IMG/VR virus record: IMGVR_UViG_2740892427_000001
Strand: one strand, 5' to 3'
DNA: 64,000 nt
Origin: a virus
Lineage: Duplodnaviria > Heunggongvirae > Uroviricota > Caudoviricetes
This document shows, in pieces, positions 29,627 through 38,908 of the stretch. The notes under the pieces are model-generated. The model worked only from the letters and a program-made list of their open reading frames with translations. It was not told the origin of the DNA and did not search any database. Position 1 is the first letter of the stretch. The number at the start of each line of letters is the position of its first letter. The position numbers were made by a program, and so were the translations under genes.

Positions 29627-30271
29627 TTAAAACGTCTCAGTGGGCTTTTTACGCGCTGCGTTTATGCTTATGACGCCAGCTTTTGGACGTGGGTCAACAA
29701 GGTTAAGCTCTTCTTCACTGTGGTATTCGAGGTCGAACTCACGTTTTACATGTCTGATGTAGATTGCGGTGAGCAGGCTATCTTTGGTCAGGAAGTGTCC
29801 GTAGGATTTGCGGATCACTTCTTCTACCTTCTCGATTTTCTCACCACCCATACAGAGATGATTAAACCGGCTGTGTTTCCGCAACATTTCGTCTACTGGG
29901 CCTGAGTAAACCTTGTCTACTTTCCCAAAACGGATGATTTTCCCTGTGTCTGCGGATACAAGGCAAATCAGCTTGTCTGGTGATAAACGATCTTGCCACG
30001 TCACACCTGAACGGAGTGTGTTGAAGTAGGGTGCATCCAATCCGATGATCGGTTTACGAAATGCGAGCAATGGAACGTACCTGATGCAACTGTTTAAATG
30101 AAAATTCACACCAGCCTTATCAAGTTTAATTCTGGTTTCGTAGATCGGGCACTTCGCCGCTATACCGCAGATGTCACAAAGCAACTTCTGCTTATTCAGG
30201 TTGGAATTTGATTCGATAGTGTAGGAGCCGTCCTCAAGACGACGAACCCAGCGCGTGCGTTTTAGATCCAT
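29627..30271 (-). CDS. hypothetical protein adjacent to replication origin
   Basis: 214 aa ORF. Confidence 0.5.
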   Translation of the reverse strand: MDLKRTRWVRRLEDGSYTIESNSNLNKQKLLCDICGIAAKCPIYETRIKLDKAGVNFHLNSCIRYVPLLAFRKPIIGLDAPYFNTLRSGVTWQDRLSPDKLICLVSADTGKIIRFGKVDKVYSGPVDEMLRKHSRFNHLCMGGEKIEKVEEVIRKSYGHFLTKDSLLTAIYIRHVKREFDLEYHSEEELNLVDPRPKAGVISINAARKKPTETF

Positions 30272-30358
30272 AATCGTTTTTTCAGTAGTTATTGGCCGAT
30301 GCTACGATAACTCATTAGGCATACCTTAATCTGCATTTGCCTGTTTTACTTATCCCAG

Positions 30359-30806
30359 TTATCCACTGGATAGATCCAAATAAGAGATCCCAAGTAAGAT
30401 CAAATAGAAGATCCAAAGAGATCCCCGATCGCCTCTAGCCGTTGCGGTTACTGGTCTGAAAGGGTGTTGCCATCCACTATGGAGAGCAAAGAAACCTCTG
30501 TAGAGAGCTGAATAACCGCTATGAAGAGTAAAACAACCACTCTGGAGAGCTGTATATATCCACTGTAGAGAGTAGAGCACATTGTCTTTTATGGATAACT
30601 TAATGACTTAATTCTTCATTAACATACTGATATACATAGATATATTTTAAACTCTACTCTTAGTCATGATTCTTATGTCCTTAAATATCCACAGAAGAGT
30701 AGAGTTACCTGTTCTTGAAATCCTCTGATTTTATCCACAGGCCCGATCCAGTAATTCAGATCACAAAGAGAACCAAAGAGACCCATAAAGACCCAATAAG
30801 ATCCCC
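30359..30806. promoter_or_regulatory. origin-type region: DnaA boxes and two GATC-rich clusters
   Basis: DnaA box-like sites at 30359..30367, 30685..30693 and perfect TTATCCACA at 30731..30739; GATC clusters at ~30373..30430 and ~30752..30806. Confidence 0.5.
30472..30573 (+). repeat. iteron array A (5 copies, 21-bp period, consensus AWCCRCTNTRGAGAGY)
   Basis: Copies at 30472, 30493, 30514, 30535, 30558. Confidence 0.75.
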
Positions 30807-30851
30807 GCCCACCTCAAACCGTTGCGCCATCTGCCTTCAGACATGATCGAT

Positions 30852-30973
30852 ATCCACTATAGAGAGCGAATAATCCACTATAGGGAGCAAAGCAACCACT
30901 ATAGAGAGGAGAAAAACCACTATAGACGGTAGGATAACCGCTGTGATGAGTGCTACTATCCACTGTAATCAGC
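30852..30973 (+). repeat. iteron array B (6 copies, 21-bp period) immediately upstream of repA
   Basis: Copies at 30852, 30873, 30894, 30915, 30936, 30958. Confidence 0.8.
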
Positions 30974-31013
30974 AAAGGCCACCAAAGCCGTCGAATAACA
31001 AGAGACATTTGGA

Positions 31014-32069
31014 ATGAGCGAAAACGGCAATAAAAACATAGCGATCGTTGAAGCATTTTCAGAAACAGATAAAAAGACAGGCGAAGTTGTTACGTTGGTT
31101 CCTAACACTAATAACACTGTTCAGCCTGTTGCTTTGATGCGTCTGGGCCTCTTCGTTCCGACGCTGAAATCGACATCCAGAGGAAGAAAGGGGCAAATGG
31201 TCTCTATGGATGCCTCTGCTGAACTCAAACAGCTGTCTCTGGCAAAAGCCGAAGGGTACGAAGACATAAGGATCTCTGGCCTTCGGCTTGATATGGATAA
31301 CGACTTTAAAACGTGGGTGGGAATAATCCACGCGTTTGCCAAACACAAGGTCGTTGGCGATACTGTCACGTTGCCGTTCGTTGAGTTTGTAAGGCTGTGT
31401 GGCATTCCGACCGCCAGGTCATCAGCGAAGTTACGCAAACGCCTGGACAGTTCGCTAAGCCGTATTGCCACAAATACCATCTCGTTCCGTAGCAAAGGCT
31501 CTGATGAGTTTTACGTAACGCATCTTGTGCAAACGGCAAAATATAGTGTCAAGCACGATACGGTCGAACTGAAAGCAGATCCCAAGATTTTCGAACTCTA
31601 CCAGTTCGACAAAAAGGTTCTTCTGCAACTCCGGGCTATAAACGAACTCTCAAGAAAAGAATCCGCTCAGGCGCTTTATACTTTTATTGAAAGTTTGCCG
31701 CCTGATCCGGCACCAATATCACTAGCTCGTTTACGCGCCAGACTTAATCTGACAAGTCGCACTATTACTCAGAATGCGACGGTAAGAAAGGCTATGGAAC
31801 AGCTGCGAGAGATAGGATATCTCGATTACACGGAAGTTAAGCGCGGAAACTCGGTCTACTTCATCATCCACTATAGGCGGCCAAAGTTACGCCAGGCACA
31901 AATATCAACAAAAATCGATAATGATGAGACGGAATATAGCCTCCCAGATGAGAATCAAGATGACATTATCGACGTTGTGCCTGACGAAAAAGAAGGCAAA
32001 ATGGTCATGTTGAGTAAAGAAGAACTGGCGCTTCTCGAAGAGTTGCGCAAGGCAAAGACTCGCAAATAG
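31014..32069 (+). CDS. repA: P1/RepFIB-type replication initiator RepA
   Basis: Blocks [51 protein letters not shown] match P1 RepA from memory; flanked by iterons. Confidence 0.85.
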   Translation: MSENGNKNIAIVEAFSETDKKTGEVVTLVPNTNNTVQPVALMRLGLFVPTLKSTSRGRKGQMVSMDASAELKQLSLAKAEGYEDIRISGLRLDMDNDFKTWVGIIHAFAKHKVVGDTVTLPFVEFVRLCGIPTARSSAKLRKRLDSSLSRIATNTISFRSKGSDEFYVTHLVQTAKYSVKHDTVELKADPKIFELYQFDKKVLLQLRAINELSRKESAQALYTFIESLPPDPAPISLARLRARLNLTSRTITQNATVRKAMEQLREIGYLDYTEVKRGNSVYFIIHYRRPKLRQAQISTKIDNDETEYSLPDENQDDIIDVVPDEKEGKMVMLSKEELALLEELRKAKTRK

Positions 32070-32071
32070 CC

Positions 32072-32555
32072 CAACCACTGTAGTTAGTAGTAAGGCTCAC
32101 TATCCACTGTAGTGAGCCTTACTTATATCTGTAATTCGCTATCCACTATAGTGAGTATCGTTATCTGTTGATAACCACTGTAGGCAGTAGAATGCAAATA
32201 CTGAATTAAATGTTAGTGATCACTAACACTGATGAAACAAGGGCTGCGAGGTTAGTGGTCACTGGGTATCTTGGAAAATTTACTGTCTATAGTGGTTGTT
32301 GTCGCCCTCATCTTTGAGCGTATCCACTGTGGCGAGTGGATATCCACTGAAAACAGCAAAGGCTTACTCACCATAGTGGATACCCGCTGGACATCTCACT
32401 CCAATACTCACCATAGTGGTTGTTTGATGCGAATGAAAGGCTGTCTACTCGCTACAGTGGTTAGCAGATATGTAGGAAGAGAGGACTGCAGACCACAGTG
32501 GATAATGAGCTGATACGAATGCGGTGAGCTGGCTACTCACCGCAGTGGTTGGTGC
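32072..32555. repeat. iteron array C downstream of repA (~11 copies, both orientations; incA-like)
   Basis: Repeated CCACTGTAG/CACTATAGTG-type units; also palindrome GTTAGTGATCACTAAC at ~32212..32227. Confidence 0.7.
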
Positions 32556-32557
32556 TA

Positions 32558-32770
32558 TTAGTGTATTTTCTTCAACAGGCCCCAAAGTGTTCCGGCTTTT
32601 GTAGTCAGTTTTCCTGTTTCTGGATCGTACATACGCCATTCACGCCGCTGGTGGACGATATACCCATCTTCACGTTCCAGACGCTCAAGAATGCCAGGCT
32701 GCTTGAAACCCTTAGCACGCCAGTAGCCGCTTGTTTTCTCGATTTCCAGACCTGCCAGTGTTAATGCCAT
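32558..32770 (-). CDS. small hypothetical protein
   Basis: 70 aa ORF. Confidence 0.4.
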   Translation of the reverse strand: MALTLAGLEIEKTSGYWRAKGFKQPGILERLEREDGYIVHQRREWRMYDPETGKLTTKAGTLWGLLKKIH

Positions 32771-33105
32771 TATCCAACCTCCTTGCAGTCATCGAAAAGG
32801 TAGCTTTGCTGAGAAGCGTGAACGCCATAGAAGCCCTTGTATTTGTTGTATACGAAGTGGTCTTCTCCGACGCCGGTTAATTTGCCATTACGATTTGTGA
32901 GATATGGGGATGACAACACTCGATCGTCACGCACAACATAGAACTGGTCGCCGCTGTCTACGACCATCGCTCCATATGGTGCTTTTATGACGTCGGTAAG
33001 AGCGCCATTCTTAACGTCGGCTACAGACATTTCACACTGATAAACAGTGGTGTCGGCCACAACGATCGAGGAAAGGAACAACAGAGCGAATGGGATGGCC
33101 TTCAT
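32770..33105 (-). CDS. secreted hypothetical protein
   Basis: N-terminal signal peptide MKAIPFALLFLSSIVVA. Confidence 0.5.
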   Translation of the reverse strand: MKAIPFALLFLSSIVVADTTVYQCEMSVADVKNGALTDVIKAPYGAMVVDSGDQFYVVRDDRVLSSPYLTNRNGKLTGVGEDHFVYNKYKGFYGVHASQQSYLFDDCKEVG

Positions 33106-33281
33106 GCTGCCACCTCTTTGATTACATCAAATGCTGAATTAAATACGAGCACGATAGCCAAAGCGTTTATGACTACGTCGTTCACCGGGGAAAAGACTTT
33201 ACGAATGACACCGGTGAAAATGCAGTCGATGACAAAAGCTATTGAAACGATGAGTAACAAGTATTCAATAAAAATCTTCAT
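33102..33281 (-). CDS. small membrane protein (59 aa; below ORF-track cutoff)
   Basis: MKIFIEYLLLIVSIAFVIDCIFTGV...; stop overlaps downstream start (ATGA). Confidence 0.35.
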   Translation of the reverse strand: MKIFIEYLLLIVSIAFVIDCIFTGVIRKVFSPVNDVVINALAIVLVFNSAFDVIKEVAA

Positions 33282-33320
33282 GATAGGTAGATACTAACTT
33301 ATATAAATTTTACTGTAAAC

Positions 33321-33596
33321 TCACTCAAAAGTGCTGATGCTTAAAATACGCTCAAGATGTGCGGCATCTTCATCACTGATTTGTTGAGTCTCTTCTACGT
33401 ACCAACAGTTGCCGTTATGCCAACAAACACCATCATCATCAACCATCACTGAATCAGCGTCATGACCTGTATATTCAACGAGAATACGCTGGATCAGCGC
33501 GTCAGTTTCTTCGTCGTTAAGGCCATCGGCTTTGACCATAAAAAGCGGAAACACGTCATAGACAGTGCTGGTAACGATTCGAACTAAAACTCTCAT
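33321..33596 (-). CDS. hypothetical protein
   Basis: 91 aa ORF with conserved start context. Confidence 0.45.
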   Translation of the reverse strand: MRVLVRIVTSTVYDVFPLFMVKADGLNDEETDALIQRILVEYTGHDADSVMVDDDGVCWHNGNCWYVEETQQISDEDAAHLERILSISTFE

Positions 33597-33651
33597 GTGT
33601 TTTTCCTTTTGTGGTTAGTGTTTACTTATTTTGTTAGTTATGAATAGGCGA

Positions 33652-34077
33652 TCAATCTTCTTGTTTAGGGAAAAACTGTTCAATAACTCTGTCAACGGCT
33701 GTGTCTATATGGAGTAGATGCCACACAACCATATCTTTGCTTCCCATGCCTTGTGTGAATATCACGTCATACTTACGCCATGCGCAGTGGAACCAATATG
33801 CTGAGTCATCAATTGGTAAATCCTCTCCCGCCTCTTTGAAGTATTTCAGCAGCATTGCCTGCTCTGCCGTTGGCGTTGGACCTATTTCCTGAGCGTACAT
33901 ACGGATGAATCGCTGCCAGTCTGTCTCGTCGGGGGTTGGATCTGGTGGGGTCATTTCTGCGATAGCGTTTCGTAGCTGATGCGCCCAATCAGGTTCAGGA
34001 AAGCCTTTTGCTACTTCATCATCAATAACATCCAGAGCCACGTTTGCGGCATCGTAGAGTTTCTTAATAGCTGTCAT
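33652..34077 (-). CDS. hypothetical protein
   Basis: 141 aa ORF; leader motif ttaaacaaattgttttc upstream. Confidence 0.5.
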   Translation of the reverse strand: MTAIKKLYDAANVALDVIDDEVAKGFPEPDWAHQLRNAIAEMTPPDPTPDETDWQRFIRMYAQEIGPTPTAEQAMLLKYFKEAGEDLPIDDSAYWFHCAWRKYDVIFTQGMGSKDMVVWHLLHIDTAVDRVIEQFFPKQED

Positions 34078-34168
34078 GTTTTCTTATCCTTTTAAACAAA
34101 TTGTTTTCTTAATAAGATAATTGCGATAAAAAAGGCGTCCAACTGGACGCCTGAACTTTTTAGGGGAG

Positions 34169-34999
34169 TTATTTCACTGTAATGAAAGGAGTGTTAGCCC
34201 CTTGAGTCATGTACTGCGGTAACTGGCCATTCCATTTATTGATGGCTTCCAGTTCCATAACGTTCGGGTTTTGACGCAGAGCTTCACCGCGCAGACGAAT
34301 GGCGTCTGCTTCTGCTTGCGCACGAGCACGGATAGCATCAGCTTCACCATTAGCCTGTTCACGTAGCATATTCGCCTCAGCTTTACGCTGTTCGACTTCC
34401 TGCTGACGTTGCAGAGTACGCTGGTTAGCCGTTACTTTGGCGTTAATAGATTCAATGACGGTTTTTGGGTAATCAGGCTTTCCAACCCATGACAGGCTCA
34501 GTACCTCAATACCAACCGGAGACATCTCTTTCTGAATATCTTTCAGTGCGTTGTCCAGCAATTGTGCCTTACCACCGTCGATAAATGAGTCAGTGGTCAT
34601 ACGGCTGGCCAAACGGTTTAGAGAGTCGGCAATTTTCTGACGCAGATCTGATTCGGTGATATCGTCTACGCCTTTGCGATAGGTCTGGAACACCGTCGTT
34701 ACCTTGTCACGATTAACCAGATACGCAACGCCAATTTTGTGACCAATAGCAGTACCGTCACTCATCTGGAATGTGAACGGTTCGTCGTAGGTCTTCATTT
34801 GTTTGAAGGTCGGGAATACGTAAAGTTCGGTGTTAAGACCTGTCCATTGGCGACCAACGCCAACCACTTCACCAATCCCTTTGTCTTCACCTAATTTGTT
34901 TACTTTGATGCCAACGTATCCAGGCTCCACGCGATCACAGCCAGTAAGACCCATTGTGCAAATAGCCGCCAGAGCAACTGCAAGTAAACCTTTCTTCAT
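34169..34999 (-). CDS. SPFH/band-7 domain lipoprotein
   Basis: Lipobox LTGC; SPFH-like core; Ala/Glu-rich coiled-coil C-terminus. Confidence 0.55.
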   Translation of the reverse strand: MKKGLLAVALAAICTMGLTGCDRVEPGYVGIKVNKLGEDKGIGEVVGVGRQWTGLNTELYVFPTFKQMKTYDEPFTFQMSDGTAIGHKIGVAYLVNRDKVTTVFQTYRKGVDDITESDLRQKIADSLNRLASRMTTDSFIDGGKAQLLDNALKDIQKEMSPVGIEVLSLSWVGKPDYPKTVIESINAKVTANQRTLQRQQEVEQRKAEANMLREQANGEADAIRARAQAEADAIRLRGEALRQNPNVMELEAINKWNGQLPQYMTQGANTPFITVK

Positions 35000-35002
35000 T
35001 AC

Positions 35003-35203
35003 TTATTTCCCCTTTGCTTTGATTAATGAGTTGATAAACTTACGACCAGCAATAAGACCGATTACAGGAGCACCAAAACCAACGATAACTCCAAACATGA
35101 CGGCTAAATCACTCTTGGTAGAAATCAGCGACGGAACCAGTAAACCGTAGATGAGAGCCACTGAAAGGCCTGTGGTTACTGCCAATAGATAGATTTTGAT
35201 CAT
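35003..35203 (-). CDS. small membrane protein (possible NfeD-like partner of SPFH protein)
   Basis: 66 aa, two TM segments, immediately upstream of SPFH gene. Confidence 0.4.
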   Translation of the reverse strand: MIKIYLLAVTTGLSVALIYGLLVPSLISTKSDLAVMFGVIVGFGAPVIGLIAGRKFINSLIKAKGK

Positions 35204-35295
35204 GTGTTTTCCTATGTGGTTGTTATGCGAAAATAATAAGTAAGTACTTATATATTTTCAAGAGATAAAAAAGGCGTCCTGTGGACGCCTTGTGT

Positions 35296-37635
35296 TTACT
35301 CTTCTACTGACTCGGTGGGGTTGTCTTTTGCTCTTCGGTCGTCGATTGCCTGCAAAGCCGCAATGATTTCAGCCAGTGGCTTCTCCCGATACATCTCGAC
35401 GATCTGCGATTTGGTGTATTTCTTGTCACCAATTTCAACTCGCCCGCTGGCGTTCTTTGGCAGGTATCCTTCTTCCAGCATGTACTCGACGAGCGATTCG
35501 ATAACGTCGAGGCCACGAGTAGGATCGAAGTAGAATTTCCAGGTGCATTTGCCATACGGTGGTGCAACTTTGTTTTTGATGCATTCTGCGCCTACGTCCT
35601 GGCCGATCTTCTCTTTACCATCCTTCATCACCGATGCACCAAGACGGATACGTACAGAAGCGTAGAACTTCGGTGAATCGCCGCCTGGTGACGTAGTAGG
35701 GTCGCCAAACATTACACCGATTTTTGTGCGAACCTGATTCAAGAAGATGATGCAGGCGTTGTATTTGCGTGCCCACAAAGCCAGAGTAGGGAAGTTCGCA
35801 CTCGTCGCACGAGCCAGTGCCGTATTGTCGTTCATGTTTAGCTGATCTTTGTCTTTGGCAGTGCCTTCAGCCATCTTTTCGAACTTCTCGGCTTTGGAGT
35901 TCGGAACCATAGACGCAAGAGAGTCAGCCACGATACAGATAGGTGCTGATTCGGGGATAAGCTCTTCATCACGAACCAATTTAAGTATTGTGCCGATCAA
36001 CTCTACAGAGTCTTCGAAGGTATCTGGCTGCTTGTATACCCACTGACCGTCATCCTCATCTGCGTTCAGGCCATTGGCTACAGCCAGGCCAACGTCAAAA
36101 CTGTTTTCATGATCGAGGAATACCGCCAGACCATCTTGTTTTTGAGCGGAGATCATCGCTGCTGTTGCAAGGAATGTGTTGTGGCTGATAATCCCGTTAG
36201 ACCAGAAAGAGTGTGTTTCCGGCATCGCTACGTCGAACGTTGGTGCTTCACCTTCCTCAATAGCCACGACTTCGTCGTAGAACAAGTTAGAGCCAATTAC
36301 CGCTGCCAGTTGTGCAAACAGATGCTCGTTAAAACGATTCTTTCTGCCAATGAAGGAGACATAGATTTCTCGCAGTTTGTCTATTCCGACACGATCGCCG
36401 CGGCCAATAACGTGGTCTACCAGAGCGTAGTCTTCACGGGTGGTCTTGGTGAGCGACTCGTAGAGTGATTTCACTAAGCCGCTGATGTGCGGAACATAGC
36501 CTGAGTAAGTGCGGTCAAAACCAATGTCCCGTTTGGTTGCCACTGATAAACGTGCCGGAGATTCGAAACCAATCGTTGACAGAAAAAGGTCGTAATTAGA
36601 GCCACTGAATGACAGCCGGTAATATGTATTTTCATAACCCGCGACGTGTTTTTCAGAGATAGTTGACGTAATCCCCAGATTCAGGAGCATGAGGCGAATT
36701 TGCTGTAGCAGCAGCCCACTCGCGCTCACAACCTCAATGCAGCGACCATCATTGACGTGGCATTCCAGCTCAAAGTAGCCGCGAAGGAATGCAATTTGAG
36801 CCTCGCTATTGGCGCGACGCACACTCAACGGAACCTGCTTGCCAGCATCTTTCTCATACTCCAGACCATATTCTTTAAAAAGCAGCGAACGCACCTCTTT
36901 GCTAAACAGCACATGGTCTTCCGAGCCGTTATGTTTTCTCGTAACTGGCATCTTGTCTGATACCAGCGAAATGAGGCGGTAGTACTCATCCTTGATGAAA
37001 GGATCTGTGTTAGAAAAATTCACTGAATTTTCAGAGGCCACGTATCCGTCAGCAATTAAATAGCCCATCAGTTTTGCGATATTGGCATCCAGGTGCTGAT
37101 CGCCGAATTGATGTGTGCCAACCATTGAAGGAATCGTGTCGCCTACACTGATTTTTTCAGCATGTCGCCAGACGACATTACCTAAGTCGTCAACCACACG
37201 GATTGGGTGACGGAACGTAGCCTCGATATAACCGCCTGATGCCAGCTTAATACGCTTGAATTTGCGACGGTTGTTCCATGTCAGGTGTGAGGTCTTCTCT
37301 ATCACGCCATTTTCATTGATGAGTCCAACGTTATGCTCTACATCGCGAGTAGTGCATGTCGCTTTGTACCCTTCAATCTCAAACAACTCTTTCACTGTTA
37401 CCATTCCACGCTCCGTCAGCAGCATGGTGTCTGCGGTAACACATTTCCCCGCGCTTGGTGGCCCGAATACTTCGACGATACGACCACATGGGAAGCCGCC
37501 ATCGTAACGACCAGAAATAGCTTTGTTTAACGGTGGAAAGCCTGTATCAATCCAATGAGTTACTTTCTGAATTTCGTCGTTGCTACCGATTTTCTTTTTC
37601 AGAGCAAGTGCCAGTGCGGATTTTCCTTTTGCCAT
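35296..37635 (-). CDS. recA: RecA recombinase containing an in-frame intein
   Basis: Exteins read ...RIVEVFGPPSAGK / TFLATAAM...LNQVRTKIGVMFGDPTTSPGGDSPKFYASVRIRLG (RecA core); 779 aa total versus ~357 aa extein. Confidence 0.85.
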   Translation of the reverse strand: MAKGKSALALALKKKIGSNDEIQKVTHWIDTGFPPLNKAISGRYDGGFPCGRIVEVFGPPSAGKCVTADTMLLTERGMVTVKELFEIEGYKATCTTRDVEHNVGLINENGVIEKTSHLTWNNRRKFKRIKLASGGYIEATFRHPIRVVDDLGNVVWRHAEKISVGDTIPSMVGTHQFGDQHLDANIAKLMGYLIADGYVASENSVNFSNTDPFIKDEYYRLISLVSDKMPVTRKHNGSEDHVLFSKEVRSLLFKEYGLEYEKDAGKQVPLSVRRANSEAQIAFLRGYFELECHVNDGRCIEVVSASGLLLQQIRLMLLNLGITSTISEKHVAGYENTYYRLSFSGSNYDLFLSTIGFESPARLSVATKRDIGFDRTYSGYVPHISGLVKSLYESLTKTTREDYALVDHVIGRGDRVGIDKLREIYVSFIGRKNRFNEHLFAQLAAVIGSNLFYDEVVAIEEGEAPTFDVAMPETHSFWSNGIISHNTFLATAAMISAQKQDGLAVFLDHENSFDVGLAVANGLNADEDDGQWVYKQPDTFEDSVELIGTILKLVRDEELIPESAPICIVADSLASMVPNSKAEKFEKMAEGTAKDKDQLNMNDNTALARATSANFPTLALWARKYNACIIFLNQVRTKIGVMFGDPTTSPGGDSPKFYASVRIRLGASVMKDGKEKIGQDVGAECIKNKVAPPYGKCTWKFYFDPTRGLDVIESLVEYMLEEGYLPKNASGRVEIGDKKYTKSQIVEMYREKPLAEIIAALQAIDDRRAKDNPTESVEE
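36178..37443 (-). mobile_element. intein (422 aa) with LAGLIDADG homing-endonuclease motifs, inserted in the RecA P-loop
   Basis: Begins with Cys directly after GK of Walker A, ends with HN followed by Thr; internal LMGYLIADGYV and LRGYFELECHV blocks. Confidence 0.8.
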
Positions 37636-37637
37636 GA

Positions 37638-37910
37638 TCAGGCTCCTTTTGTTTCGTTGATTCGTTTTAAAGCGGCGGATTCGTCGAATACAATCGCATC
37701 GTGGTTAAGGAGTCTGGATACACGAGCGAGGATTTTTACGACCTGCTCGCTGACTAATCCAAACTCGCGATCTGTCGCTTTCATTCCGGCAGCGCCCAGA
37801 ATTGACGGCAGTGCGATGACAGCGTACTCACCGTGATAAAAGACAATCTCTTTTGCCAGTTGGGTAGGGGTGGTTGTAGCGCCATTAATAATCGATTTAA
37901 GCATTAGCAA
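37638..37910 (-). CDS. small hypothetical protein
   Basis: 90 aa ORF. Confidence 0.4.
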   Translation of the reverse strand: MLMLKSIINGATTTPTQLAKEIVFYHGEYAVIALPSILGAAGMKATDREFGLVSEQVVKILARVSRLLNHDAIVFDESAALKRINETKGA

Positions 37911-38899
37911 TACCTTTCGAATGGAAGAACAAACACTTCAAGGTCTTCAAGGAACGAACGGAAATTCAGCTCGTAGCACAGTTGCTCGAATGCTTTCACG
38001 TCACGATTGCCTTTGATTGTTTCGATTTCGGTAGGCGGAAACTTCGTCTCAATCAGGTTCATTAGCGTGATGTTTCTCTTGAACGCTTCGAGCATTCGAC
38101 AGCCTGTTTTCTCGTTGAAGGCATTCTTCGCTAGTTTGTTGAAGGCGGTCTTATGGCGTCCTTTGTCAACCACGATTGAGCCGTCGTTGATGCCGCGTAC
38201 CATCGTTGCGACACTTCCCCATTCATGCAGCAGCTCTTTCGCACCGCCAGCACCAATGCCACCAACACCGCTAATGTTGTCCGATTTATCGCCTTGTAAT
38301 GCTTTTGCTTCCAAAAATGCGCGAGGCGTGGCGAATCCTGTCAGCTCCGCAAATTGCTCAAAATTAACCTGCTTGTTTTTGGCGTCTTCACGCAGGCTTA
38401 CCCAGCTTACGTTTTCACGAACTAACTGAAGCCAGTCGCTATCGCCTGTTAACAGATAGATGTGTTCAACGGTTGGCTGCGGTGCCATGCGGGATACCAG
38501 CAGCCCGGCCAGATCATCCGCTTCTGCATCTTTTGCAATGAGTTGGGTAACTCCAAGCGCGGTCATCATTTTGAGGATGTATGGCTTCTGGATAGCAAAG
38601 CCTTCCTTCATCTTTTTCATATCAGGATCGTCGTCGCGATTTGCTTTGTAGTCCGGGTAAAAGTCGCGACGCTTGTCACTAAATCCATCCCAAAGAATCA
38701 TAGGTCGGGCATGGAGGATGGAGGCATAACGACGGACGTTCTTAACAAAGCCGAAAGCAGCCTGTACTTCCATTTCGCCGTTGTGCAATTTGTCAGATTG
38801 TTGGTGGTAATAACCCAGGCTATTGCCATCTACGAAGAGATAATTCACCGGTACATTCCTTCCAAAAAGTAAGGCGTCCGTAGAGGCCTTACTGGTCAC
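37904..38899 (-). CDS. 5'-3' exonuclease / flap endonuclease
   Basis: FVDGNSLGY N-terminal block and H3TH-like GDKSDNISGVGGIG. Confidence 0.7.
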   Translation of the reverse strand: MTSKASTDALLFGRNVPVNYLFVDGNSLGYYHQQSDKLHNGEMEVQAAFGFVKNVRRYASILHARPMILWDGFSDKRRDFYPDYKANRDDDPDMKKMKEGFAIQKPYILKMMTALGVTQLIAKDAEADDLAGLLVSRMAPQPTVEHIYLLTGDSDWLQLVRENVSWVSLREDAKNKQVNFEQFAELTGFATPRAFLEAKALQGDKSDNISGVGGIGAGGAKELLHEWGSVATMVRGINDGSIVVDKGRHKTAFNKLAKNAFNEKTGCRMLEAFKRNITLMNLIETKFPPTEIETIKGNRDVKAFEQLCYELNFRSFLEDLEVFVLPFERYC

Positions 38900-38908
38900 G
38901 TAATGGGA

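Noticed and set aside
30359-32513. ORFs 30359..30580, 30814..31056 and 32271..32513 inside the iteron arrays
   Set aside because: Repetitive iteron DNA generates open frames by chance; no start context.
30359-32555. Regular short repeats that could be mistaken for a CRISPR array
   Set aside because: Units are 16-bp iterons on a 21-bp period with only ~5-bp gaps instead of spacers, they flank a RepA gene, and no cas genes are present; this is a plasmid iteron origin.
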